Virus record (IMG/VR): IMGVR_UViG_3300031912_000871
Coordinates: 23,322-87,321 of that record
Origin: a virus
Taxonomy: Duplodnaviria > Caudoviricetes
Reading direction: 5' to 3' (one strand)
Length of the DNA: 64,000 nt
Below, piece after piece: positions 9,486 to 17,948 of the stretch. The notes under the pieces were generated by a model. It did no database searches. It saw only the letters and a program-made list of their open reading frames with translations, and was not told the origin of the DNA. Made by a program: the position numbers and the translations under genes. Each line of letters starts with the position of its first letter. Within the stretch, counting starts at the first letter, position 1.

Positions 9486-10378
9486 CAGTCGAGGCCCGTC
9501 AGCTGGCGGCGGTCCGGACCGAGGAACGTGAAGGCGGTGGCCCGGTCCTGGAGCCGGGAGAACAGCCGGTCGCCGAGCATGGTCTCCAGGCCCGCGACCC
9601 GGGTGCCGTCGCGGCGCTCAACGTCGCGGGCCCGCAGGTTCGTGGTCACGATCGTGCGGAGCCGCGCGTTGAGCCGGTACTCGATCAGCTCCAGCAGCTC
9701 CCGCCGTACGAACTCCCGCGCCTCGATGTCCATCTCCGCGCCGAGGTCATCGAGGATGAGCAGCTCAGCGGTGCGCGCCCGGTCGCGGATCTCCCACACC
9801 GGGTGCTTCGAGCCCTCCGGGCGCAGCTCGGCGAGGTAGCCGTGCATCGTCCAGGACCGTACGAGGAGCTGCTTGGTGACGACCTCACCGGACCGCAGCC
9901 GAGTCGCGGCGCCGCGCCGGGCGGCTTCGGCGGCCGTCGCGTATGCGGCCTGGGTCTTCCCGGAGCCGGTCTTCCCGGCGAAGATCGCCGTCCGTGCGTC
10001 CGGGTCGGCCAGCCACGCGGCGATCGCGTCCGGGTGCTGGTCCGTGTCGAGGGACGCGAGTCCCACGTCGGCGGCCACCCGGTCGTCGGGCAGGCACGCC
10101 TGCAACGCCCGTTCCCGCATCGCGGATTGGTGGCGTAGCACCAGCTCGCTGGCCGGAACGTCGTCGTCGGTTCCCGTTACGGGGGCCGGGAGACCCGCCT
10201 CGCGGGCCTGCCGCGCGGCCTCGGCACGTTCCGCTGCGAGGGCGCCCACCTGGTCGCGTAGGTGCTCCGGGAGCGCGCCGAGGAGACCCTTCGCGAGCCA
10301 GCTGGCCTGCTGGGTGTCGGGGCGGCGCTGCCGGGCGATGGCCTTGCCGACCGAACCCGTCACTTCCTGCGTGGTCAC
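9482..10378 (-). CDS. DnaC/IstB-like AAA+ ATPase (helicase loader)
   Basis: Walker A GKTGSGKT, Walker B LLILDDLGAE, TIVTTN, LFSRL; directly after initiator. Confidence 0.88.
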   Translation of the reverse strand: MTTQEVTGSVGKAIARQRRPDTQQASWLAKGLLGALPEHLRDQVGALAAERAEAARQAREAGLPAPVTGTDDDVPASELVLRHQSAMRERALQACLPDDRVAADVGLASLDTDQHPDAIAAWLADPDARTAIFAGKTGSGKTQAAYATAAEAARRGAATRLRSGEVVTKQLLVRSWTMHGYLAELRPEGSKHPVWEIRDRARTAELLILDDLGAEMDIEAREFVRRELLELIEYRLNARLRTIVTTNLRARDVERRDGTRVAGLETMLGDRLFSRLQDRATAFTFLGPDRRQLTGLDW

Positions 10379-11505
10379 CAGGCACCTCCCGCAGCAGCAC
10401 CCGCGCCGACCGGGCGGACGTCCTCAGCCCAGGCGTCGTTGACCTGCATGACGCCGGGGGAGGGCCGACCGGCCACACCGGCCGGTGGGCGGGGTGCCCG
10501 TCCACGGATCCGAACGAGCGCCCGCTCCATCTGGGCCTTCGACGGGATGCCCTCGCCGAGGCCGTTGAGGGCGCGCTTGATCTCGTCCTCGGTGTAGTCG
10601 GCATCGAGGAACGGGCGGATCAGCGAGGCGAGCTGGTGCAGGGGCCGGCCGCCGACGACGGGCACGCCGAGGTTGGCCCGGTGGTCGATCCACTTCCGGG
10701 CGATGCCCATAGCGACGTCGTGGTTTGTCGGTTGCCGCTTCGGCTCGGCTGGGGTCCGGGGCGGCGGCACGGCGCCGTCGAGGGTCGGCTGAACGGCAGC
10801 AGACCGCTCGTCGCGCCGATCATCCGCAGGATGATCGGAATCTGTGTAACCCCTCTGGTGTAACTCCTCTTGTATAGGCGCCGGGTTTCCGGACTCTGCC
10901 GCTCCGGGCCCCGGGTTTCCGGACCCCGGGTTCCCGGAGCCCGGAAACCCGTCCCCGGGGGTGTCGGAATCCTCGGAGCCCGAAAACCCGTCTCCGGGGT
11001 CTTCCTCCTCGGCGGTGCTGTCCGCGTCCGGCCGCGGCGGCGGGGGGAACTCGTCGTCTAGCAGCGTGCCGTCGGGGTACTTCACCTTGAACGAGCCGTC
11101 CGGCTGCTCCACCAGAGGGACAGCCTTCCCGCCGAAGAACTCGGCCTGCGCCGCCCAGGACGCCACCGGCGTCTCCGACACAGCCGTGCCCATGACGAAG
11201 GTGCGGTCGAGCATCCGCCGCTTCTCCAGCCGGTAGTAGCCGGCCAGGGCCAGCTCGCGGAGCGCCGTACGGACGGCCTCCCTGCCCTCGCGGGCGGCTT
11301 CACGGCCGCGGAGGGTCTTGCCCTTGCCCTCGTTCGCGATCTGGATGGAGTTGACGTCCCAGCCCTCGGGCTTGTTCAGGAGCCAGGTGAGCACGCCCAG
11401 ACTGCGGAACGGGACGGTGAAGTCGTCCACCGTGCTCGACGGCACCTGGACGAAGGGGTCGCGGCGACGCTTGCGCAGGCCACCGCGCGGGTTGTCGGAG
11501 GTCAT
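10375..11505 (-). CDS. Phage-type replication initiator
   Basis: N-terminal wHTH (GVLTWLLNKP...VRTALRELALAGYY), GFPGSGNPGSGNPG linker, C-terminal helical domain; upstream of DnaC-like gene. Confidence 0.75.
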   Translation of the reverse strand: MTSDNPRGGLRKRRRDPFVQVPSSTVDDFTVPFRSLGVLTWLLNKPEGWDVNSIQIANEGKGKTLRGREAAREGREAVRTALRELALAGYYRLEKRRMLDRTFVMGTAVSETPVASWAAQAEFFGGKAVPLVEQPDGSFKVKYPDGTLLDDEFPPPPRPDADSTAEEEDPGDGFSGSEDSDTPGDGFPGSGNPGSGNPGPGAAESGNPAPIQEELHQRGYTDSDHPADDRRDERSAAVQPTLDGAVPPPRTPAEPKRQPTNHDVAMGIARKWIDHRANLGVPVVGGRPLHQLASLIRPFLDADYTEDEIKRALNGLGEGIPSKAQMERALVRIRGRAPRPPAGVAGRPSPGVMQVNDAWAEDVRPVGAGAAAGGAW

Positions 11506-11757
11506 GCCACACCGCCAGGGATCCGGGGGGAACTCATGAGCGGGGTGTCTACCGGCACCGCGACGTTAACGTCCTCGCCGATGTGACGAACCGCGGGACG
11601 GAGGTGTGTGCGAGTGGGCGACTCGTATGCCAAAATGGGCACACGAGTACGACCCAAGGGGTCACGCATGTGGCTCCTCGGTGATGTTGCGAGGGCCGCT
11701 TCTGGGTGTGGGATCCGGGAGGCGGCCTTTGCGGCTTTTTGGGTTGTGCTCTCGTCT

Positions 11758-11979
11758 CTAGGCCGCTGCCAGCTCCAAGGGGAGCGTCGGCGCGGGCGCT
11801 GCTGCCGGGTACGGCTCGGGGAGACCCGAGGCGCGTGCCGCGAGGTTGGCGACGTAATCGGAGAACGCGATGCCGAGTTCCTTGGCCTCGCGCTCGTACC
11901 GGTCGAGGTGCTCGTCCGGGAAGCGCACGGGGCGGCGCTTGCCGCCCTTCGGCGCTCGCCCAGGTTTGGTGCCAGCCAT
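11758..11979 (-). CDS. Ribbon-helix-helix (CopG/ParG-like) protein
   Basis: RRPVRFPDEHLDRYEREAKELGIAFSDYVANLAAR strand-helix-helix pattern. Confidence 0.7.
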   Translation of the reverse strand: MAGTKPGRAPKGGKRRPVRFPDEHLDRYEREAKELGIAFSDYVANLAARASGLPEPYPAAAPAPTLPLELAAA

Positions 11980-12067
11980 GCCACGGTTCTACTCCATTGC
12001 TGATTCAGATTCACGCACCCGGTCGGCGTGTCGTGATCCGAGGAGCCGGCGCGTGCCGGCTCACCCG

Positions 12068-12559
12068 TCACGCCGCCGCTTCGACCTGCATGCCAGCCTC
12101 GCGAGCCCGCCGCCGGGCCCGCTGCACTGACCGTTCGCTGACGCCCGCGACCCGCGCGATGCTGGCCGCGCTCGCATCACCGGCGGTCAGCTCCAGCACC
12201 TGCCCGTCCAGGCCGGACACCGGGCCCGGCCTGCGCTTCGGTAGCTGCACCTCCACGTTCGTTCCGGGCACCCGGATCGACGTCAGGCGGAACCGCTGCT
12301 TCTGGCTGAGCCCGCCCCAGACGCCGATCCGCTCGTCGGTGATCACGGCGTAGCTGAGGCACATCTCCTTGACCGGGCAGCCGTCACACAGCTTCGCTGC
12401 GGCCCGCCACGTCTGGCCCTTGCCCTCGGGGAAGAAGGCTTCCGGGTCGGTCTGGGCGCACACCGCTTCCTTGACCCAGCGGCCAGGGAGCCAGCCGGCC
12501 ATGTTGGCCCACACCAGTACCCCGGCGCTGATCCACGGCCGCAGATCCTTGACCCTCAC
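12068..12559 (-). CDS. WhiB-family Fe-S regulator with C-terminal HTH
   Basis: VCAQTDPEAFF, CDGCPVKEMC, GVWGG; C-terminal SAASIARVAGVSERSVQRARR. Start may be ATG 12503. Confidence 0.9.
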   Translation of the reverse strand: MRVKDLRPWISAGVLVWANMAGWLPGRWVKEAVCAQTDPEAFFPEGKGQTWRAAAKLCDGCPVKEMCLSYAVITDERIGVWGGLSQKQRFRLTSIRVPGTNVEVQLPKRRPGPVSGLDGQVLELTAGDASAASIARVAGVSERSVQRARRRAREAGMQVEAAA

Positions 12560-12717
12560 CGCTGCACCTCCGCTCCACTGTGCGGCAGGACGGTCGACGT
12601 GCGGCGATGGCCGGAAGGTCCAGGGCTGATCGGCCGACTGGTGGCTACGATGGCCAGCGAGAGATCCGTCAGGATCGGGTCAGGAACCTGACCCGGGAGA
12701 GGTTGAAGTAGAACCAC
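12556..12717 (-). CDS. Small hypothetical protein
   Basis: GTG 12717 after GGAGACCCC and a leader hairpin; stop overlaps whiB start. Confidence 0.4.
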   Translation of the reverse strand: MVLLQPLPGQVPDPILTDLSLAIVATSRPISPGPSGHRRTSTVLPHSGAEVQR

Positions 12718-12835
12718 AGGGGTCTCCGTTCGTGCGGCGGGTCGCTCACCCGCTGGTCTGCCCCCGACGTCGAGGGCTGGCCACCCAGTCAAGTAACTGA
12801 GTGGTGTGTATGTGTGACAGTACAAACGGTGCAAC

Positions 12836-13324
12836 GTGACTCGCAAGGGGATGCGCGAGCCGGCACAGCCGCATCATGATCGGGTAGCCGGTTGGTACCC
12901 AAGCCCCGCGGAAGGCGGGCCCGTGACACATCAGCCCCAGATCAGCGACGGCGCCCGGCCTCGCCTCGTCATGTCGCAGGCGCTCCAGCTGACCGCCGAA
13001 CTGGCGACCAGCCTCGTCCCGACGTACGCCGACCAGCACGCCGAGTTCGGCGAGCACCTCCAAGCGGCCCGCCGGCTGCGGCTCTGCGCCGAGCGGGTCA
13101 TCGACGCGGCGATCGCCGTCGAGGCCGAGGCAGGGGCAACCGCTGCGGAGATCGCCGCCTGGCTCGCGCTGCCCGTAGAGCAGGTCGAGATGCGCCTGGC
13201 GAACCAACGTGCCCGCGCCGCAGCGATCGACCCGCCCAGCCTCGCCGAGGAGCTGGACGCCTGGTACGCCCGGGTGAGCGGACCAGACGCCCCCTCCAAC
13301 GCCGTCTCAGCCGGTCTGGCCTAA
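12836..13324 (+). CDS. Hypothetical protein with HTH-like segment
   Basis: GATAAEIAAWLALPVEQVEMR; true start may be GTG 12923; convergent with recT. Confidence 0.55.
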   Translation: MTRKGMREPAQPHHDRVAGWYPSPAEGGPVTHQPQISDGARPRLVMSQALQLTAELATSLVPTYADQHAEFGEHLQAARRLRLCAERVIDAAIAVEAEAGATAAEIAAWLALPVEQVEMRLANQRARAAAIDPPSLAEELDAWYARVSGPDAPSNAVSAGLA

Positions 13325-14289
13325 CCGCGCGGCTGCGCCCCGGCCGGCCAGCCAGCCTCGTCGTACGCCGCATCCGGGTTGCCCACCGTCTGGCCGGGCT
13401 CGACGTCCGCCTCGCTGTCACCAGCGTGCTCGGTCACCTCGTCCACCGGCGCGTCCGGCGAGTCGTTGTGCCGTACCCCGCCGTCAGCCGCGATGGCCTG
13501 CCGAGCGGTCGCCGACAGCGGCAACCACTTGCCCAGCTGCTTCCCGACCGTCTTGTGCGCCATCGCCTCGAAGCCATCACCAGCCACACCGCGGTCATCG
13601 AACCAGGGGCCCGACTTGATCCGGACGTAGCGGGCCCGGTGCGCCTTCATCGCATCCCGGTGCACCGGCCGGGTCAGCTGGTAGCCGCCCCCGTTGAGCA
13701 GCGCCCGAGCGTAGTAGAGCACCGGCGCACCCGGCTTGTCGTCCAGCAGCCACGGCTCGTGGACCAGCTCGTCACGGTCCTCGTGCCAGCTCAACCGGAA
13801 GGACGGCAGCTCCTTCTCGTACACCGTCCGGGCGACGATGCCACGCACCAGGCCCGACTGCATGGCCAGCTTGACCAGGCCCTTGTAGCCGAGCACGAAC
13901 GTCGCCTCCCGGCGGCCCCGGTCGTTGTTCCAGAACGGCAGCACGTACGCCTGCCCGGTCGCCCCGCCGACTCGCAGGCCCAGCTGCGCGCAGGTCATCA
14001 CCGCCCCGACGATCGTGCGGGGGTCGCACTCGTCCAGCCCCTTGACCGTCGACAGCGCAGTGACGGTATCGGTGATCAGCTGCACGCCGGTCGGCCCGCC
14101 GTCCGGAGCCGCCCGGTTGAACAGCTCCTCCCGCTGCCTCAGCGCCTCGACGGCACTGCCGTACCCGGACACCTGGACCGCGGCACGCTGGTCCGGCTGC
14201 GCGGGCATGACGGTGCCCTCGACGGCCGGGCCAGGCTGTCCGGCGGTCTGTCCGGCCCGGGCATCTTTCACTCGGTCTCGCAAGCTCAT
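13321..14289 (-). CDS. recT: RecT-family single-strand annealing protein
   Basis: CDPRTIVGAVMTCAQLGL, AYVLPF, LGYKGLVKLAMQSG, FEAMAHKTV; ATG 14289 overlaps exonuclease stop. Confidence 0.92.
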   Translation of the reverse strand: MSLRDRVKDARAGQTAGQPGPAVEGTVMPAQPDQRAAVQVSGYGSAVEALRQREELFNRAAPDGGPTGVQLITDTVTALSTVKGLDECDPRTIVGAVMTCAQLGLRVGGATGQAYVLPFWNNDRGRREATFVLGYKGLVKLAMQSGLVRGIVARTVYEKELPSFRLSWHEDRDELVHEPWLLDDKPGAPVLYYARALLNGGGYQLTRPVHRDAMKAHRARYVRIKSGPWFDDRGVAGDGFEAMAHKTVGKQLGKWLPLSATARQAIAADGGVRHNDSPDAPVDEVTEHAGDSEADVEPGQTVGNPDAAYDEAGWPAGAQPRG

Positions 14290-15302
14290 CTCTTCACCTC
14301 TCGCAACTCGACGTACTCGCAGGGGTTGACGGTGTAACCGGCGCGGGAACGGCGGGCGAGCCGGACCGCACGGCGCCCGCCGAGCCGTCCGTACTCGGCG
14401 CCCGCCTCCACCAGCTGCGCCTTGATCTCGTTCTCCACCTCGTCCAGCTCGACCTTCAGCGCCTTGCGCCGGGCCTTCAGATCCCGGCGGCGGGCGAGCA
14501 GGTCCGCGGTGTGCTCGGCCAGGTCGACTTCCTTGGCCTCGGTGATGCTCGCCAGCGCGGCGACGGCGAGCGCCTCCGACGTGGCCGCCCGCGCGTCGGC
14601 GGGCGGAGCGGTGTCCGGCCACAGGTGGTCGCGGCAGAACTGGGCGGCGGCCTCGCGCAGCTCGCCGATCAGGTCGTCGTCGCGGGCGACGTACTCCACG
14701 ACCGGTTCGTCGCAGCCGTCGACCACGGCCACGACGTACCAGCCGAGCGCCCCGGTCACTCCCATGCACCACTGCGCCTGGGCCTGCGGATAGTCCGGCA
14801 CGGAGCCACCCAGCCACAGCTTCACGTCCGGGGAATGGTCGTCCACCGTCTTGATCTCGACCCCGGCCGGCTCGCCGACGACGAACCGGTCCGGGTTGCA
14901 CAGCATGTAACGGGCGAAGCCGTCCACCTCGAACAGCGGAACCGGATGCCGCCAGGTGCCGGTCACCCCGAGCTGCTTGCCGTGCAGCTCGGCGAACCAA
15001 TCGGCTGCGACCGGCTCCAGCCGGTGCCCCCACGCCAGCCGTCCCTTCGCCGGTGTCGGCGGCAGCCGTCCGGACTTGTCCAGCCACAGCTTGTACGGCG
15101 TCGACCAGGGGGACAGGCTCAGCGCCGCGAGAGCATCACTCCCGCCGAGGCCCGTCAAGCGGATGGCGTGCCAGTCCGGCATCGGCGCGCCGTACGGCAG
15201 CACCTCCACGGCAGGGCCAGATGCCCACCACGGTCTGGAAGGCGGCGCGGGATCGGCCGGCGGTCCGGCACCCACACCATGATCATGGATGACAGCAGTC
15301 AT
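14286..15302 (-). CDS. YqaJ/lambda-exonuclease family protein
   Basis: WHAIRLTGLGGSD, WGHRLEP, NPDR, GVEIKT, YPQAQAQWCMGVTG. Confidence 0.92.
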   Translation of the reverse strand: MTAVIHDHGVGAGPPADPAPPSRPWWASGPAVEVLPYGAPMPDWHAIRLTGLGGSDALAALSLSPWSTPYKLWLDKSGRLPPTPAKGRLAWGHRLEPVAADWFAELHGKQLGVTGTWRHPVPLFEVDGFARYMLCNPDRFVVGEPAGVEIKTVDDHSPDVKLWLGGSVPDYPQAQAQWCMGVTGALGWYVVAVVDGCDEPVVEYVARDDDLIGELREAAAQFCRDHLWPDTAPPADARAATSEALAVAALASITEAKEVDLAEHTADLLARRRDLKARRKALKVELDEVENEIKAQLVEAGAEYGRLGGRRAVRLARRSRAGYTVNPCEYVELREVKR

Positions 15303-15649
15303 CGTCAGGGGTCTCCTCGTCCGGCCCGTCGCTCACGGGCCAAGCGGAACGCGGCCAGGACCATAACGTCCTGACACCCCAAAGTGTAGCAGACATGGAG
15401 CAGGGCCGCGCACCATGTCCGCGGCCCTGCAAAACGGAAGGCCAACCCCGCGAGCTGAGATCGTCATCGCGGGAGCGAACCGCTCAGACCTCGCACGCCG
15501 TCACGGTGGAGACCCCGTTGCCCGAAGGGCTCAAAGGTGCCGCAGACGGACGTGTTTCCCACGCCAGTTGGCCTTTCCACCACCCATGCTACGGCACCCC
15601 CACCGACACAACTACGCTGATCGGACCTGCGACTTGCCGACGAAAGGAC

Positions 15650-16147
15650 GTGCCCGGGTTGAGCGACCCCAGGCGCCTCGCCGAGATCGCCGCCGCCGAC
15701 GACCGCGGATTCCTCATGGAGCTGCTGCGGCACCTGGACCGGCCCACCCCCGACACGATCGCCATGTTCCGCGGTGATGTGCTCCGCCGCCGTACCCGCG
15801 CCGCCGTCGGCGAGCTGCTGAAGATGGCCGACCAGCACGACCGCAAGGGCGCCCCCGAGCAGACCCGCGCGAAGTGGAGAGCAGTCCGGACCGCCGCCCG
15901 CGCCGAGCGAGAAGCCCTCCAGGCCCTCCCACCAGAGGGCGCCGGACCCCGCCGGCGAGCGCTGGAACGCCTCGGCCAGGAACACCCGGACGAGCTGAAG
16001 GCACTGCGTGCCGGCCCGGTCGCCAAGAACGCACGCCGCAGCCTCCTCGAACAGATCGCCGCGCGTCACCCCGTCCGCATGATCGAGCTGCTGCGGGAGG
16101 AGCGGACGCGCGGCGAGTCCAGCGGCGATCAGGACGCCAGGTCGTAG
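15650..16147 (+). CDS. Hypothetical helical basic protein
   Basis: GTG 15650 after GAAAGGA; Arg-rich helical sequence. Confidence 0.55.
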   Translation: MPGLSDPRRLAEIAAADDRGFLMELLRHLDRPTPDTIAMFRGDVLRRRTRAAVGELLKMADQHDRKGAPEQTRAKWRAVRTAARAEREALQALPPEGAGPRRRALERLGQEHPDELKALRAGPVAKNARRSLLEQIAARHPVRMIELLREERTRGESSGDQDARS

Positions 16148-16455
16148 TCCTGGCGCCGGCTGGTCTTCTCCTCCACCACCGGGGCGACCTTCGAGAAGAT
16201 GGTCTTGTAGGCGGCGTGCGACGCGACCGCCACGACGGCGACCACCTGGAGCACGGTCTGGCCGTCACTGATCGAACCGTCGGCGAGGCAGCCGACGACG
16301 CCCAGCGCGACGGCGACCGCGATGGCCACCGCCTGCCGGGTCGACTTCGACCACTGCGGCTGGTTGACGATCGAGACGAGCAGCGGGTTGATGACGCCGA
16401 GCAGCAGCGCCCACGACGGGGTGTCGAGCACCCAAGCGAAGAGAGTGGTGTCCAT
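16129..16455 (-). CDS. Putative holin
   Basis: 108 aa, three hydrophobic helices, charged C-terminus, at distal end of tail operon; leaderless ATG after late-promoter motif. Confidence 0.65.
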   Translation of the reverse strand: MDTTLFAWVLDTPSWALLLGVINPLLVSIVNQPQWSKSTRQAVAIAVAVALGVVGCLADGSISDGQTVLQVVAVVAVASHAAYKTIFSKVAPVVEEKTSRRQDYDLAS

Positions 16456-16499
16456 GCCCGCCACGATCGGCCCCGCGAGGGGTTAGCGTCCCGTGGCAG

Positions 16500-17102
16500 C
16501 TACTCGCCGTCGTGGGCGCACAAGGTCACCTGCCGTGTTCCGCCGGTGGTGAGCACCATCGCCTCCTGCGGGTGGTAGCCGTCCGGGCAGGCCGGACCGT
16601 CCTCACCGGCCGGTCCAGACGGGCCCGGCGGGCCGGGCGGCCCCGAGGGGCCCGCCGGGCCTTCCGGACCGCGCGCCCCCGCCGGACCCGACGGTCCGGC
16701 AGGCCCCGCCGCGCCGGCGGCACCGACCCGGCCAGCACCATCCGCGCCATCCGCGCCGTCATCCCCGGCCGGGCCAGACGGGCCCGGCTCACCCGGCCAC
16801 CCACGCGGACCAGGCGGGCCGCTCGGACCGGCCTGCCCGTCGGCGCCCGCCGGCCCTGGATCGCCGCGCAGCTGCTCGGGGTCCTCCACGCACGTCATGC
16901 CAGCCTGCCGCACCTGGTCGCACAGCTGCTGCGCCACCGACACCGCCGTAGTGGCACGTCGCTCCGCCGTCTCCGTGCGTACCGTCGCGGCCCGCAGCGC
17001 CCAGCCCATCATCACCCCGGTCAGCGCGATCAGAGCTGCCAGGGCGATCGCCCGGCTCCGCGGCCACCGCCGCAGCGTCGTCGCCTGCTCGCCGTGCCTC
17101 AT
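16500..17102 (-). CDS. Membrane-anchored collagen-like protein
   Basis: N-terminal TM followed by long Gly-X-Y run ([19 protein letters not shown]...). Confidence 0.85.
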   Translation of the reverse strand: MRHGEQATTLRRWPRSRAIALAALIALTGVMMGWALRAATVRTETAERRATTAVSVAQQLCDQVRQAGMTCVEDPEQLRGDPGPAGADGQAGPSGPPGPRGWPGEPGPSGPAGDDGADGADGAGRVGAAGAAGPAGPSGPAGARGPEGPAGPSGPPGPPGPSGPAGEDGPACPDGYHPQEAMVLTTGGTRQVTLCAHDGE

Positions 17103-17425
17103 GCCGCCGCTCCGTTCAGCCTGGCCACCTCTTGCTCAAGGTGGGTGATCCGGTTGGTCTGCTTGGTGACCTGCTCGGTCAGTGCCTCGACCTTGCGGCC
17201 CAGCTCGGCCACCGAGTCCTCCGCCTTGCGCCGCAGATCCCGTTCCCGGTCCAGCTCCGCCTGCGTCTCGGCGTGGTCCCGCACTTCCTGCTTGTACCGC
17301 TCGTCGGCGGCCACCAGCTGCCCGCGGTCGTGGCCGATCATCCTGGCGAGGATGATCACAGCGGTGCCGAAGGTGCCGAACGCGCCCAAGCCGGGGATCA
17401 GCGTCTCCAGCTGTGACGTGTCCAC
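17099..17425 (-). CDS. Single-TM coiled-coil protein (lysis-cassette type)
   Basis: [29 protein letters not shown] then heptad coil. Confidence 0.7.
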   Translation of the reverse strand: MDTSQLETLIPGLGAFGTFGTAVIILARMIGHDRGQLVAADERYKQEVRDHAETQAELDRERDLRRKAEDSVAELGRKVEALTEQVTKQTNRITHLEQEVARLNGAAA

Positions 17426-17531
17426 GATCCCCCCGTTACCCCCGCAACCCGGACCGCGCCACCGTAGGGCCGTTCCGTCCCTTGCGTCCTCACGGACCGT
17501 ATGGCGGGCCGGCACCCCGCATAATCGCCCG

Positions 17532-17948
17532 GTGGCAACCAACCCTCCGACCCGGCCCGGGCGGTCCTGGCACGGCGTGACCGCGGCCGTGTTGGCCGCC
17601 GGCGCCGTCGCGCTCGTGGCCGTCGCTCCCGAACCGGTGCGGGCGACCGCCCGCCCGACCACCGTCCTGCTGATCGCGCAGCCCACCGTCAGCGCCGCGG
17701 CCGCCATCCACCGCGCTGACGGCAGCACCGTCACCCCGGCGCCCATCGGCCGGGAGATCCAGCTGAGCGGCCGTCCAGTCGGGGTGCAGGTGTTCCTCCG
17801 AGCGCCCGAGGGTGGAGTCGAGGTGTCCCAGCCGGGTGTGGACCTGCCGCTCCGCGCGACCGCCGCGTACTGCGCGATCGTCATCGACGGCGAGGTGGTC
17901 GACCAGTCCGGGCCGTCGTCGGTCGCGTCGTGCCAGTGGGACGGCTAG
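17532..17948 (+). CDS. Exported protein with MmpS-like C-terminus
   Basis: N-terminal hydrophobic signal; YCAIVIDGEVVDQSGPSSVASC resembles the MmpS C-x-I-x-x-D-G...C motif; opposite strand to tail genes. Confidence 0.55.
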   Translation: MATNPPTRPGRSWHGVTAAVLAAGAVALVAVAPEPVRATARPTTVLLIAQPTVSAAAAIHRADGSTVTPAPIGREIQLSGRPVGVQVFLRAPEGGVEVSQPGVDLPLRATAAYCAIVIDGEVVDQSGPSSVASCQWDG

